From contig JBBSQY010000055.1 of the NCBI GenBank assembly GCA_038243585.1, positions 1 to 20,516 of the forward strand: a DNA stretch of 20,516 nt. The letters run 5' to 3'. A program made the translations under genes and the position numbers. The notes beneath the pieces were generated by a model. It did not search any database. It saw only the letters and a program-made list of their open reading frames with translations, and had not been told where the DNA came from. Shown in pieces: positions 1-8,637 of the stretch (position 1 is its first letter; the number at the start of each line of letters is the position of its first letter). The stretch comes from Candidatus Sumerlaeales bacterium. Lineage in GTDB: Bacteria; Sumerlaeota; Sumerlaeia; Sumerlaeales; Sumerlaeaceae.

Positions 1-98
1 GTTATATCAAGTGTAATTCCCGTCTGTCGCCGTATCAATGGAGTCTCAAGAACGTTTTGGGGACGCTCACTACTGTCTCCATTGACTTTGCATGCCAT

Positions 99-126
99 TT
101 GACCGGGTTATTTATCGATTTAAAGT
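99..126 (+). promoter_or_regulatory. Putative sigma70-type promoter for the candidate ncRNA
   Basis: TTGACC (99-104), 16 nt spacer, TAAAGT (121-126). The predicted start near 131-134 coincides with the 5' end of the predicted RNA rod. Confidence 0.35.
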
Positions 127-130
127 GCAA

Positions 131-310
131 GAGGGTCGCTGAGCGGACTTGAATTTCCATGCAAGACAAACGTTGAACCCGAAGGCCTGCTGGCTGCAAG
201 TTTCCTTTAGTCGGGTGAATCTGATTCGGCCGACCGAAGTGAAATTCGGTCGGCGGGATGCCGGCGGTCCAGTTAAATGCCATGCGCGCTGTATTTAAGT
301 CGGTCTCTGC
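131..310 (+). ncRNA. Candidate structured ncRNA with 6S RNA-like architecture
   Basis: Nested pairings found by eye: 146-154/293-301 (GACUUGAAU/AUUUAAGUC), 173-178/272-277, 184-187/266-269, 189-194/260-265, 202-205/255-258, and apical hairpins 209-214/221-226 and 229-238/245-254 (10 bp perfect). Large internal bubble 155-172 opposite 278-292. Several G-U pairs work only on the + strand. No credible ORF. Confidence 0.4.
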
Positions 311-344
311 CACTGCTTCATTTCAGCTATTTTTTTGTATCAGG

Positions 345-370
345 AAAAAGCCGACGCGTGCGCGGTTTTT
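345..370. terminator. Probable bidirectional intrinsic terminator
   Basis: AAAAAGCCG-ACGCGTGCG-CGGTTTTT: a GC stem flanked by an A-tract and a T-tract, 12 nt past the restored mazF stop and downstream of the candidate ncRNA. Confidence 0.5.
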
Positions 371-381
371 GTGTTCACTAT

Positions 382-728
382 TTACCGCACAGCCAAAACG
401 AGTTTCAACCCTTGATCAATCCGATCCATAGCCCGCTTTGGCAATTCCCCACTCTTCTCTGTAAGCGACTGTTTGTCCACGGCAAAATTTGAGTGAGGTT
501 GACGACAGTATCTTTGGGCAATCCTGACTGCTTGGCCGTAACCAACACAGCGCCCGGAGTATGTTCGCGAGTTAAGTTCGATGTGAAGATGGCTACTATA
601 ACAGTTTGTAGGCTGCTCCGGTTGAAGCTGTCTGCCTGTATGACAACTACGGGATGGTCAAAGCCGGGGCCTGACACTACAGGCGCTGGGAGCGATGCCC
701 ACCACACCTCACCACGTTGGATTACCAT
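382..728 (-). pseudogene. mazF: PemK/MazF-family endoribonuclease toxin, frameshifted
   Basis: MVIQRGEVWWASLPAPVVSGPG..PVVVIQADSFNRS..TVIVAIFTSN..SGLPKDTVVNLTQIL is typical MazF. Adding 1 nt at ~482 restores the family C-terminus VDKQSLTEKSGELPKRAMDRIDQGLKLVLAVR* (stop 382-384). The usual 'RP' catalytic Arg reads 'HP'. Confidence 0.85.
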
Positions 729-960
729 TCATCATATAGGCGCATGGAGGATGCCTGAACCGCAACGACTTATGGCTCCAGTTTGGAGTCTGCGTTATCA
801 TATGATTTGTTAAAGCTTCTGTGATCTGCTCATCCTCGCTTTCGCTCACATATTTTTCCATTGCGGCAGCATAGAGAGCGCTTCGACTCAACTTGCGCTG
901 GTGGGCCAAGCTATCGGCTTGTTGGAAAAGTTTGTCTGGAACGGAGATTGCAAATTTCAT
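722..960 (-). pseudogene. Ribbon-helix-helix (CopG-like) antitoxin with frameshift and internal stop
   Basis: MKFAISVPDKLFQQADSLAHQRKLSRSALYAAAMEKYV is an RHH motif. Adding one A at ~810 gives ITEALNKSYDNADSKLEP*VVAVQASSMRLYDEW*, whose TGG-TAA end (stop 722-724) overlaps the toxin ATG, as in intact pairs. Internal TAA at 770-772. As written, the ORF reads 83 aa (709-960) with an aberrant tail. Confidence 0.8.
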
Positions 961-974
961 ACTATAGGTATTAC

Positions 975-990
975 TTTGGTTATAACTAAA
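975..990. promoter_or_regulatory. Putative antitoxin autoregulatory operator
   Basis: Imperfect palindrome TTTGGTTATAACTAAA (core GTTATAAC, 979-986) 15-30 nt upstream of the antitoxin ATG. A related GGTATTAC lies at 967-974. Confidence 0.5.
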
Positions 991-1095
991 GTATTATCGG
1001 AGAGGTGGGGCACACCTGGCGCAACAAAATGAAGCCGGCCAAACCTTTTTGGGTTGGGGGGAGTCTTACTATTAAACCACCAGGAGGATAGGGAC

Positions 1096-1692
1096 ATGAT
1101 ACAGTGTTGGCGGAAAGTTAAATTGCTTCTGGTCGGTGCGATACTCGCGACCATCTGTGCAGGGGCCGGTGCGGCCCCTGGGGATGCGTTGGTGGTGGAG
1201 ACAGTGCTGCTAAATGCACTCACCAGTTCTTCCCTGGTGGAAACGCACAAGCAGACCACCGAGACGAAAGGATCCATATTGTTCCGCGTGGGGAAGGCCG
1301 CCGCATACCAGACTTCCTCCACTATCCTATCCGGCGTGAGGGGGCCGTTCACTGGTTTTCCCGCGGAAGCGAAGCAAGCGTTTCGTGAAGCGGCTGAGGA
1401 CGTGATGCGCCGGGTGAAGACGGGAGACGACCTTACGACTCCGGCGTTCTCCGATGCGCGCGTCAGGGTTTTCTCAGCTGGTGCCCACGGCGCGAAGCCT
1501 CCTTACTTCTGGGATCGTCCGCAGGTTTTTGGAGTTCTACCGCCGGGGTATTCGGCGTCTGGCGAGTATGCGTTGGTTCATGTGGGAACAACTTGGAGTG
1601 GCAATATGCATGGGATGGATCTGGTGTTTTATCTGCGGCGCACCCAGAACGGATGGACTGTGATTGACCGAGCGGAAATCCGTTATCTGTAG
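1096..1692 (+). CDS. Hypothetical exported protein (198 aa)
   Basis: SD AGGAGGA (1082-1088) 7 nt before ATG 1096, preferred over the track's 1054 start. Sec-like signal peptide (WRKVKLLLVGAILATICAGAGA). Beta-rich C-terminus (YALVHV..LVFYLRRTQNGWTV). Confidence 0.7.
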   Translation: MIQCWRKVKLLLVGAILATICAGAGAAPGDALVVETVLLNALTSSSLVETHKQTTETKGSILFRVGKAAAYQTSSTILSGVRGPFTGFPAEAKQAFREAAEDVMRRVKTGDDLTTPAFSDARVRVFSAGAHGAKPPYFWDRPQVFGVLPPGYSASGEYALVHVGTTWSGNMHGMDLVFYLRRTQNGWTVIDRAEIRYL

Positions 1693-1783
1693 GTGGGGAC
1701 GTTGGGGAACTTATTGGTGGCAGTGGTCGCATCCCAAAAGGGTTTAAAGAGCAAGCTTATGTTTTAAAAGGAGTATCTTTTTC

Positions 1784-2106
1784 ATGAAGGTGCATGGCAA
1801 AAGAAAAATCTGCGCTGTCTTGTTCGTGGGTTTGATAGTTTTTGTAGCGTTTATAGTTCATGGGAAAAACAGTGCGCGAAGAGATAGGTTTCTAGAACTG
1901 AATAACACCATCATGGTTGGGATGGATCGTAGTGAAGTTTTGGAACGCTTTGATAGAATTGGCTTAAACCTACAGAAGGGCCTCGTGCCATTTCTGCTAC
2001 TGCCCGTGTGGGTTTAGACATCTGGACGTTTCATGTTGTGTTTGATGAAACCGATATTGTAGAGCAACATGATATCTTCGACGCAGATTTAATCCTGTGG
2101 AGGTGA
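1784..2106 (+). pseudogene. Small membrane-anchored hypothetical protein, probably frameshifted at ~1966
   Basis: SD AAGGAG (1768-1773), N-terminal TM helix, then 'VGMDRSEVLE'. Adding one A to the AAA at 1966-1968 continues as KPTEGPRAISATARVGLDIWTFHVVFDETDIVEQHDIFDADLILWR* (stop 2104-2106), which resembles an SmpA/OmlA(BamE)-like pattern. Confidence 0.5.
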
Positions 2107-2318
2107 TCATAATTTAATTTGATCTGGGTGCTCAAAAGCCTTTTTGTTATTGGACTTATGGGGTTCTTGTGAAGAGCTTTCCGCTCAATTGCCAGGCGTG
2201 TCCACCTAGTCAGGTACGCTTTGCGGTAAATAACAATGGGTCAGCAGAATCAAGGGTTACATCGGGTGCGCGTCCCGAAACTGCTCCGGTTTAATAGGCG
2301 AGCATTCGGGCTGGGGCG

Positions 2319-3797
2319 TTACTCAGCGTTGGCGTCGGCACGGCGTTTACCGCGTTTGCCTTTGCCCTTTTTCTTTTCTGTTACCGGGACGGGGTCGGCA
2401 TTTTTGGTGGGGAAGAATTTGGCGAGCTTCTGTTTTACTTCGGCAAGGTCCGGTTTGGCGGCGAGGTTGGTTCGTTCTTTGGGGTCCGCTATTTCGTCGT
2501 AGAGCTCTTCGGTGCCATCATGGTATCGGATGTAGCGCCACTTATCTGTGAGGAGGGCGTGGTTCCCTTTTTGCATGGTGGAGAGGGAAGGGGTGGTCCA
2601 TTCGGCATTGGGGTTGGTGAGGAGTGGCTTGATGCTTATGCCTTCGACATGTTTGGGGATGGGGACGCCGGCTAGCTCGCAGATGGTGGGGTAGAGGCTC
2701 ATCAGGTCGACGCCTTTGTCGCAGAATGATGCGGCAGTGGTGAGGCCGGGGGCGACCCAGATCATGGGGGTGAGGGTGGCTTCGTTCCACAGGGTTACTT
2801 TGCCCCAGTGTTGTTTCTCGCCGAGGTGCCAGCCGTGGTCGCCGATGAATATGATGATGGTGTTGTCTTTGTGGGCAGACTTATTGAGGGCATCGAGGAG
2901 CTGGCCTACTTTGGCATCGGCAAAGGATACGGCGGCCAGGTAAGCGCGAACGCGGTCTTTCCAGAGGCCCAGCTCGATGATTTTCTCGTGGCTTGAGTTG
3001 CTGCCCTTGTAGACTGCAAACTCTTTGCCCTGGGCGGGTACGTCGTCCAGGTCGCCTGGCGGGGCTTCGGGGAGCTGGATGGATTCGAGGGGAAACTGGT
3101 CAAAGTATTTTTTGGGGATATCCCATGGGGTGTGGGGGCGATGTATGCCGCAGACCATGAAGAATGGGGCGGTGGTTTCTTCGTTGAGGCGATCGGAGCA
3201 CCATTTTACGCTTTTAGAGTCAGTGAGTTTGCTTTCCTGGCGCTGTTCCTCCCAGGGTTTCTCGGGTTTGCCTTCGGTAAACTCGCGGTAGCCGAGAGGG
3301 CCGGGCTTGCGGTTGGGCACGGGGTGGTTTGGCAGGGTGTCGTCGGTGGTGTAATCGAGTTTGTCCCATTCTTCTGTGCGATAGTTGCGGTAGTGGAAGA
3401 TCTTGCCGGCACCGAAAGACTGGTAGCCGCCTTTGCGGATGTAGTCGTTGATGCAGAGGCCAACGGGGATGTGGGGCATCCATGTGTGGTTGTTGTCGTA
3501 GATCCCGGTGGTCGAGGGACGCAGGCCGCTCATTAAGGCGGCTCGGGAGGGATTGCAGAGGGGGGCGGCACACTGGTTGTTGCGGAAGGTCATCCCGCGG
3601 GCGGCCAGTTTGTCGATATTGGGGGTCTTTGTTTGGGGATTGCCGTTCATGGGCCCGATCCAGTCGTTGAGGTCATCGGAGATGATAAGCAGGATATTGG
3701 GTTTAGAGGATGTGGTCTCGGCGGCGCGGGCGGCGGAGAAGGGGAGAAGGATAAGCAGGGCCAGATATATGGCGGCGGAAATCTTCTTAACTTGCAT
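2319..3797 (-). CDS. Secreted formylglycine-dependent (S1) sulfatase, iduronate/choline-sulfatase-like
   Basis: Signal peptide, then KPNILLIISDDL, TPNIDKLA, the C-x-P-S-R motif (CNPSRAALMSG), GKIFH, HRPHTP, GDHGWHLGEKQHWGK and ELYD..DP.E.TNLA. Confidence 0.93.
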   Translation of the reverse strand: MQVKKISAAIYLALLILLPFSAARAAETTSSKPNILLIISDDLNDWIGPMNGNPQTKTPNIDKLAARGMTFRNNQCAAPLCNPSRAALMSGLRPSTTGIYDNNHTWMPHIPVGLCINDYIRKGGYQSFGAGKIFHYRNYRTEEWDKLDYTTDDTLPNHPVPNRKPGPLGYREFTEGKPEKPWEEQRQESKLTDSKSVKWCSDRLNEETTAPFFMVCGIHRPHTPWDIPKKYFDQFPLESIQLPEAPPGDLDDVPAQGKEFAVYKGSNSSHEKIIELGLWKDRVRAYLAAVSFADAKVGQLLDALNKSAHKDNTIIIFIGDHGWHLGEKQHWGKVTLWNEATLTPMIWVAPGLTTAASFCDKGVDLMSLYPTICELAGVPIPKHVEGISIKPLLTNPNAEWTTPSLSTMQKGNHALLTDKWRYIRYHDGTEELYDEIADPKERTNLAAKPDLAEVKQKLAKFFPTKNADPVPVTEKKKGKGKRGKRRADANAE

Positions 3798-4085
3798 TTG
3801 CAGACCTCAAGGTATGATAGTTTTGAAATCGCAACAGGACACGTGACAAATACAAGTGGAAAATCACAACGGCTACGGAAAAAATTTGTGACTGGTATGG
3901 CCAGCGCTTCGGCTGTCTGCAAATTCCGCTGTAACTAATGTAAAGTAACCGCCCCTCCCATTTCGGAGCGCAGCCCACCTTAAATTTCATTCGGGAATCA
4001 TTTTGAATGCCGTATGGCAAGCTTCATCAGGACGATCAGCCCGGCTTGTGCAATCAGGACCGGAAATCCATTGTTTACAGAACGG

Positions 4086-4102
4086 ATTTGGTTTGACCAA
4101 AT
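4086..4102. promoter_or_regulatory. Perfect 7-3-7 palindrome resembling a FadR-subfamily GntR operator
   Basis: ATTTGGT-TTG-ACCAAAT matches the TGGT-N3-ACCA pattern and lies in the divergent sulfatase/rpoB intergenic region. Confidence 0.45.
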
Positions 4103-4138
4103 AAATGCTTGCGTTTCCTTGGCTTTGACGGAAATGTC

Positions 4139-4406
4139 CGGTGTAATTTAATCGACATCGAGCCGAACTGAGGGCTGCTGGTTCTTATCAGCAGCTGGGG
4201 GGTTGTGGTACGCATTGTCTGTGCCAGCGAGTTTCTTAAGAATACTCTGACGGTGTCGCGGGTAAGGTTACTTGCTTTGGAATCGGCCTGCCATGGGAGA
4301 CGTGCGTTTACACGCTTATGCGTAACGGCAGGCGCTTATCCAATGTCCACTGCAAAAACCCGCTGCGCCCGTGCTGTTCTGGTTATAACCAGACAGCCAA
4401 GGAGGA
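4139..4406 (+). promoter_or_regulatory. Structured 5' leader of rpoBC ending at the SD
   Basis: Hairpins at 4174-4195, 4206-4226 and 4229-4247; a long nested arm 4258-4363; hairpin 4373-4397; SD AAGGAGGA at 4399-4406. Confidence 0.5.
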
Positions 4407-4418
4407 ATCTGTATTAAT

Positions 4419-7400
4419 ATGGCTTCGAAAAATGGCAACCATCGCGACCCCAACAGCAACTATCGCATCAATTTCGCCCGCATCCCCGATACAATGGAGA
4501 TGCCTTATCTTTTGGAGACCCAAAAGAAGAGCTACGAGCAGTTTCTACAGTTTAACCTTCCGCCGGATGTTCGCGAGAACATGGGTCTGCAGGAGGCCTT
4601 TACCAGCGTATTCCCGGTAACCAGCGCCAGCACGCCATCGACGCTTGAGTTTGTTGAGTATAGCTTTGGTGCGCCTAAGTACTCGGAAAAAGAATGTATC
4701 GACCGCGGCATGACCTTCGCGGCGCCCTTGAAGGTAAAACTTCAGTTGATCGTGCGCGAGACGAACGTCGAGACCGAAGAAACCGACATTAAAGACATTA
4801 AGGAACAGGAAACATATATGGGGGAAATCCCCCTGATGACTGACCAGGGCACGTTTATTGTAAACGGCGCTGAGCGTGTTATCGTTTCCCAGCTTCACCG
4901 TTCACCGGGCGTTAGCTTTTCCTCCTCGATCCACCCGAACGGCAAAACCCTTTTCAGCGCGCGGGTCATTCCTTATCGCGGCGCATGGGTAGAATTTGAA
5001 GTCGACATCAACAACGTGATGTATGTCATGGTTGACCGTAAGCGCAAACTGCCGGCGACCACTTTCATGCGCTGCTTTGGTTTGATGGATGACGAGCAGA
5101 TCGTTCAGGAGTTCTTTGAGACCAAGGAAATCAAACTGGACGATTTCAGCAAGGGCGCCTCTAAAGTGAGCGACCTGGTTGAGAAGTTTCTAGGCAATGA
5201 GTTTATCGAAGAAGTGCTTGATCCTGAAACCGGCAAGATGCTTGTGCTGAAGGGCGCAAAGGTCACCAAAAAAGCGACTGAAGCTCTTAAGAGCCATGGT
5301 ATCACCGAGGTTCATCTGAACGTTGCTGTCGGGTATGAGCATCTGATCGGCCGTATCCTTGGCCGTGATGTTGTCGACCAGGACACTGGCGAGATCATGT
5401 CTGAAGTATTCGAGCGCATCACGACGACGATGCTGCGCAAGTTCGGCCAGGCCGGCGCGCGTAAGATCTATCTGGTTGAAGTGAACGAAGAAGAGCCGAA
5501 CGTGGTGATGAGCACGATGTCGAAAGACAAAGTGCGCACCTACGAGGAGAGCCTTATTGAGTTCTTTAAGCGCATGCGTCCCGGCAATCCTATCAGCCTG
5601 CAGAGCGCCCGTCGCCTGTTTGATGATATGTTCTTTAACGAGAAGCGTTATGATCTGGGAGCTGTTGGTCGTCATAAGATCAGCCGCCGGTTTAAGCTGG
5701 AAGACGAGACTTCGCGCACGCTGATCCTGTCGGACGTTGTGGCTATTGTTAAGCACCTTTCAAAGATCGCCCAGGAAGATCTGGACATCGACGATATCGA
5801 TCACCTTGGTAACCGCCGGGTGCGTAGTGTTGGTGAGCTCCTGCAGAACCAGGTTCGCCTGGGTCTGACCGAAATGGAAAAAACCGCCCGCGAGCGTATG
5901 GCCATTGTGGATCTGGAAAACCTTCTTCCGCACAATCTTATCAACGCCAAACCGCTTGTCAGCTCGGTCAAGGATTTCTTTGGTCGCAGCCAGCTGAGCC
6001 AGTTTATGGATCAGACAAACCCTCTCAGCGAGCTGACGCATAAGCGTCGTCTATCTGCATTAGGGCCCGGTGGTTTGAGTCGCGATCGCGCCGGTTTCGA
6101 GGTGCGCGATGTGCATCATACCCACTACGGCCGAGTCTGCCCGGTTGAAACGCCTGAAGGTCCAAACATTGGTCTGATTTCGTCGCTTGCCAGTTATGCC
6201 CGCATTAACGAATTCGGATTCATCGAATCGCCTTACCGCAAGGTAAACAACGGTGTGGTGACCAACGACAAGTTCTACCTGACAGCCGACGTTGAAGATG
6301 ATTTCATCGTGGCCCAGGCGTCAGAAGTCTCTGAAGATGGAACTGGCTTTAAGAGCGAAAGCGTTTTGAGCCGCCATCAGGGCGATTTTCCAAAAGTTAC
6401 TGTTAACGACGTTGCTTACGTTGATGTGAGCCCGAAACAGCTCGTATCGGTCTCCGCCGCTCTTATCCCGTTTCTTGAACACGATGACGCCAACCGCGCA
6501 TTGATGGGTTCGAACATGCAGCGTCAGGGCGTTCCATTGCTGTTTACCCGTTCCCCTGTAGTGGGTACTGGTATCGAGCATAAGTGTGCCATCGACAGTG
6601 GTTCGTGTGTCGTATCGAAGAACGACGGTGTCGTTGAGCGGGTAACAGCCAATGAAATTGTCATTCGCAATGAAAACGGGCAGATGGACACCTACCGCCT
6701 GACCAAATACAAGCGTTCAAACCAGAACACGTGTATTAATCAAAAGCCGATCGTGGATCAGGGCCAGAAGGTCAGCATGAACGAGGTCATCGCCGATGGC
6801 CCGGGCATCGAAAAAGGGGAGCTGGCCATTGGTCAGAACCTGCGCGTAGCCCTTATGCCTTTTGGTGGTTACAACTTCGAAGATGCTATTCTGATCTCTG
6901 AACGTGTCGTGAAAGAGGATGTATTTACTTCCATCCACATCGAAGAGTTTGAAGTGGACGCCCGCGATACTAAGCTGGGCAAGGAAGAAATCACCCGCGA
7001 TATTCCAAACGTAAGCGAAGAATCCCTGGCCAAGCTGGACGAAAGCGGCCATGTTCTTATTGGTACTGAAGTAACTCCCGGCGACATCCTTGTGGGTAAA
7101 GTCACCCCTAAGGGTGAAACTGAACTTACGGCGGAAGAGAAATTGCTCCGCGCGATTTTCGGTGAAAAAGCCGGCGATGTTCGCGATGCGTCCCTGAAAG
7201 TTCCTCCTGGAACCTACGGAACGGTTGTCGACATTAAAGCCTTCAGCCGCAAGGAACGGGGCGTCAAGAGCGACCGCGACGACAAGAACCGCATTGAATC
7301 TATCGAAAAAGACCGCGACAACGAACTGTCGAATGTTGAAATTGAGTTCACAGAAAGTCTGAAAGAACTTCTCAAGACGATTGAAAAACCAGTTACAAAC

Positions 7401-8549
7401 TTTGAAACTGGTCAGGTGGAATTGAAGCCTGGGCAGAAGGTTTCTGATTCGTCTGTCAACTACGTTAAACGCAGTCTTCGTACTGGAATGTTGCCTGTCG
7501 AAGGGGCAGCCGGTGCTGAGGTGAAGCGTCTTTATCAGAAGCATACGGCGCGAGTCGCAGAAATCGATGATATCGCACGCAACAAAGTTGACAGGATTAA
7601 GACTGGCGACGAATTGCCGCCGGGCGTGATCAAGCTGGTAAAGGTGTATGTGGCCGTGAAGCGTAAGCTTCAGGTGGGTGATAAGATGGCCGGACGCCAT
7701 GGTAACAAGGGCGTCGTGGCGAAGATTATGCCTGTTGAAGATATGCCTTACATGGCGGATGGCACGGCGGTCGACATCGTGTTGAACCCGCTGGGCGTAC
7801 CTAGCCGCATGAACATCGGTCAGCTCCTTGAAACTCATCTTGGCTGGGCAGCAATGGCTCTTGGTGTGGCCTACGCGACGCCGGTGTTTGACGGCGCCGA
7901 GGAAAAGGAAATCCAGGAAGAGCTGATCCGCGCACGCGAACACATTCTTAAAAACAATGGCGATAAGCGGAAGTTTGCGGACCTATCGGACGAAGAGAAA
8001 CTAATGGACGTAAATCCTACAGGTCAGGTTCTTCTGTATGATGCCGCCACTGGTGAACCCTTTGATCGCCTTGTAACAGTTGGCGTTATGTACATCCTTA
8101 AACTTGCCCATCTGGTTGACGATAAGATGCACGCGCGTTCCATTGGTCCGTACTCACTTGTTACCCAGCAGCCGCTGGGTGGTAAGGCACAGTTCGGCGG
8201 TCAGCGTTTCGGAGAAATGGAAGTTTGGGCGCTGGAAGCTTACGGTGCTGCTTACACTCTTCAGGAACTGCTAACTGTTAAATCCGACGATGTGCAGGGC
8301 CGTACAAAAATCTACGAATCGATCATCAAAGGCGAAAACCATCTGCAGCCTGGTATCCCGGAAAGCTTCAACGTGCTTGTGAAAGAACTACAAGCGCTGG
8401 GGCTTAACATGGAACTGCTGACTGAGGATGACTCAATAGTGGACGAAGACGAAGAAGAAAGCCCGTACGATTCTCTGCTTAGCAGCGTCGAAGACGACGT
8501 TTCATTTGCAGAGCGCGGCGGCGACGACCTCGACGACGAAGAGCTGTAA
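4419..8549 (+). CDS. rpoB: DNA-directed RNA polymerase subunit beta
   Basis: Motifs [78 protein letters not shown] and [19 protein letters not shown]. Strong SD. Confidence 0.99.
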   Translation: MASKNGNHRDPNSNYRINFARIPDTMEMPYLLETQKKSYEQFLQFNLPPDVRENMGLQEAFTSVFPVTSASTPSTLEFVEYSFGAPKYSEKECIDRGMTFAAPLKVKLQLIVRETNVETEETDIKDIKEQETYMGEIPLMTDQGTFIVNGAERVIVSQLHRSPGVSFSSSIHPNGKTLFSARVIPYRGAWVEFEVDINNVMYVMVDRKRKLPATTFMRCFGLMDDEQIVQEFFETKEIKLDDFSKGASKVSDLVEKFLGNEFIEEVLDPETGKMLVLKGAKVTKKATEALKSHGITEVHLNVAVGYEHLIGRILGRDVVDQDTGEIMSEVFERITTTMLRKFGQAGARKIYLVEVNEEEPNVVMSTMSKDKVRTYEESLIEFFKRMRPGNPISLQSARRLFDDMFFNEKRYDLGAVGRHKISRRFKLEDETSRTLILSDVVAIVKHLSKIAQEDLDIDDIDHLGNRRVRSVGELLQNQVRLGLTEMEKTARERMAIVDLENLLPHNLINAKPLVSSVKDFFGRSQLSQFMDQTNPLSELTHKRRLSALGPGGLSRDRAGFEVRDVHHTHYGRVCPVETPEGPNIGLISSLASYARINEFGFIESPYRKVNNGVVTNDKFYLTADVEDDFIVAQASEVSEDGTGFKSESVLSRHQGDFPKVTVNDVAYVDVSPKQLVSVSAALIPFLEHDDANRALMGSNMQRQGVPLLFTRSPVVGTGIEHKCAIDSGSCVVSKNDGVVERVTANEIVIRNENGQMDTYRLTKYKRSNQNTCINQKPIVDQGQKVSMNEVIADGPGIEKGELAIGQNLRVALMPFGGYNFEDAILISERVVKEDVFTSIHIEEFEVDARDTKLGKEEITRDIPNVSEESLAKLDESGHVLIGTEVTPGDILVGKVTPKGETELTAEEKLLRAIFGEKAGDVRDASLKVPPGTYGTVVDIKAFSRKERGVKSDRDDKNRIESIEKDRDNELSNVEIEFTESLKELLKTIEKPVTNFETGQVELKPGQKVSDSSVNYVKRSLRTGMLPVEGAAGAEVKRLYQKHTARVAEIDDIARNKVDRIKTGDELPPGVIKLVKVYVAVKRKLQVGDKMAGRHGNKGVVAKIMPVEDMPYMADGTAVDIVLNPLGVPSRMNIGQLLETHLGWAAMALGVAYATPVFDGAEEKEIQEELIRAREHILKNNGDKRKFADLSDEEKLMDVNPTGQVLLYDAATGEPFDRLVTVGVMYILKLAHLVDDKMHARSIGPYSLVTQQPLGGKAQFGGQRFGEMEVWALEAYGAAYTLQELLTVKSDDVQGRTKIYESIIKGENHLQPGIPESFNVLVKELQALGLNMELLTEDDSIVDEDEEESPYDSLLSSVEDDVSFAERGGDDLDDEEL

Positions 8550-8637
8550 CTTAAGAATCTGCAGCTCGTTACTTCCACTGTTTCACTGAATAAACCCAAC
8601 AGTTATATAGGCGACTCGGAAAGGCAGGACTACTACC

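Noticed and set aside
205..355. Cobalamin-riboswitch-like words (GGTGAAT, CGCTGTA, GCCACTG, TCAGGAAA)
   Set aside because: The key AGGGAA and GGGAAG elements are missing, and no co-oriented gene lies downstream to regulate.
35..492. Track ORFs 35-313 (-) and 277-492 (+)
   Set aside because: No SD or family features. The region is better explained by RNA structure, a terminator and the true mazF 3' end.
957..1352. 131-aa minus-strand ORF abutting the antitoxin
   Set aside because: It is antisense to the better-supported 1096-1692 gene and runs through the TA promoter/operator.
2228..2324. attC-like TAAC...GGCGTTA bracket after the small ORFs
   Set aside because: The R and L boxes are not complementary, the GTTA overlaps the sulfatase stop codon, and there is no second site or integrase.
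5976..6075. Possible rifampicin-resistance substitutions in RpoB cluster I
   Set aside because: Residues equivalent to E. coli Q513, D516, H526 and S531 are all of the sensitive type.
6717..7943. 408-aa antisense ORF inside rpoB, and the other antisense or alternate-frame ORFs within rpoB, rpoC, the sulfatase, lysA and the 3' surface gene
   Set aside because: These are shadow ORFs produced by codon bias of the real genes. They have no recognisable motifs or SDs.
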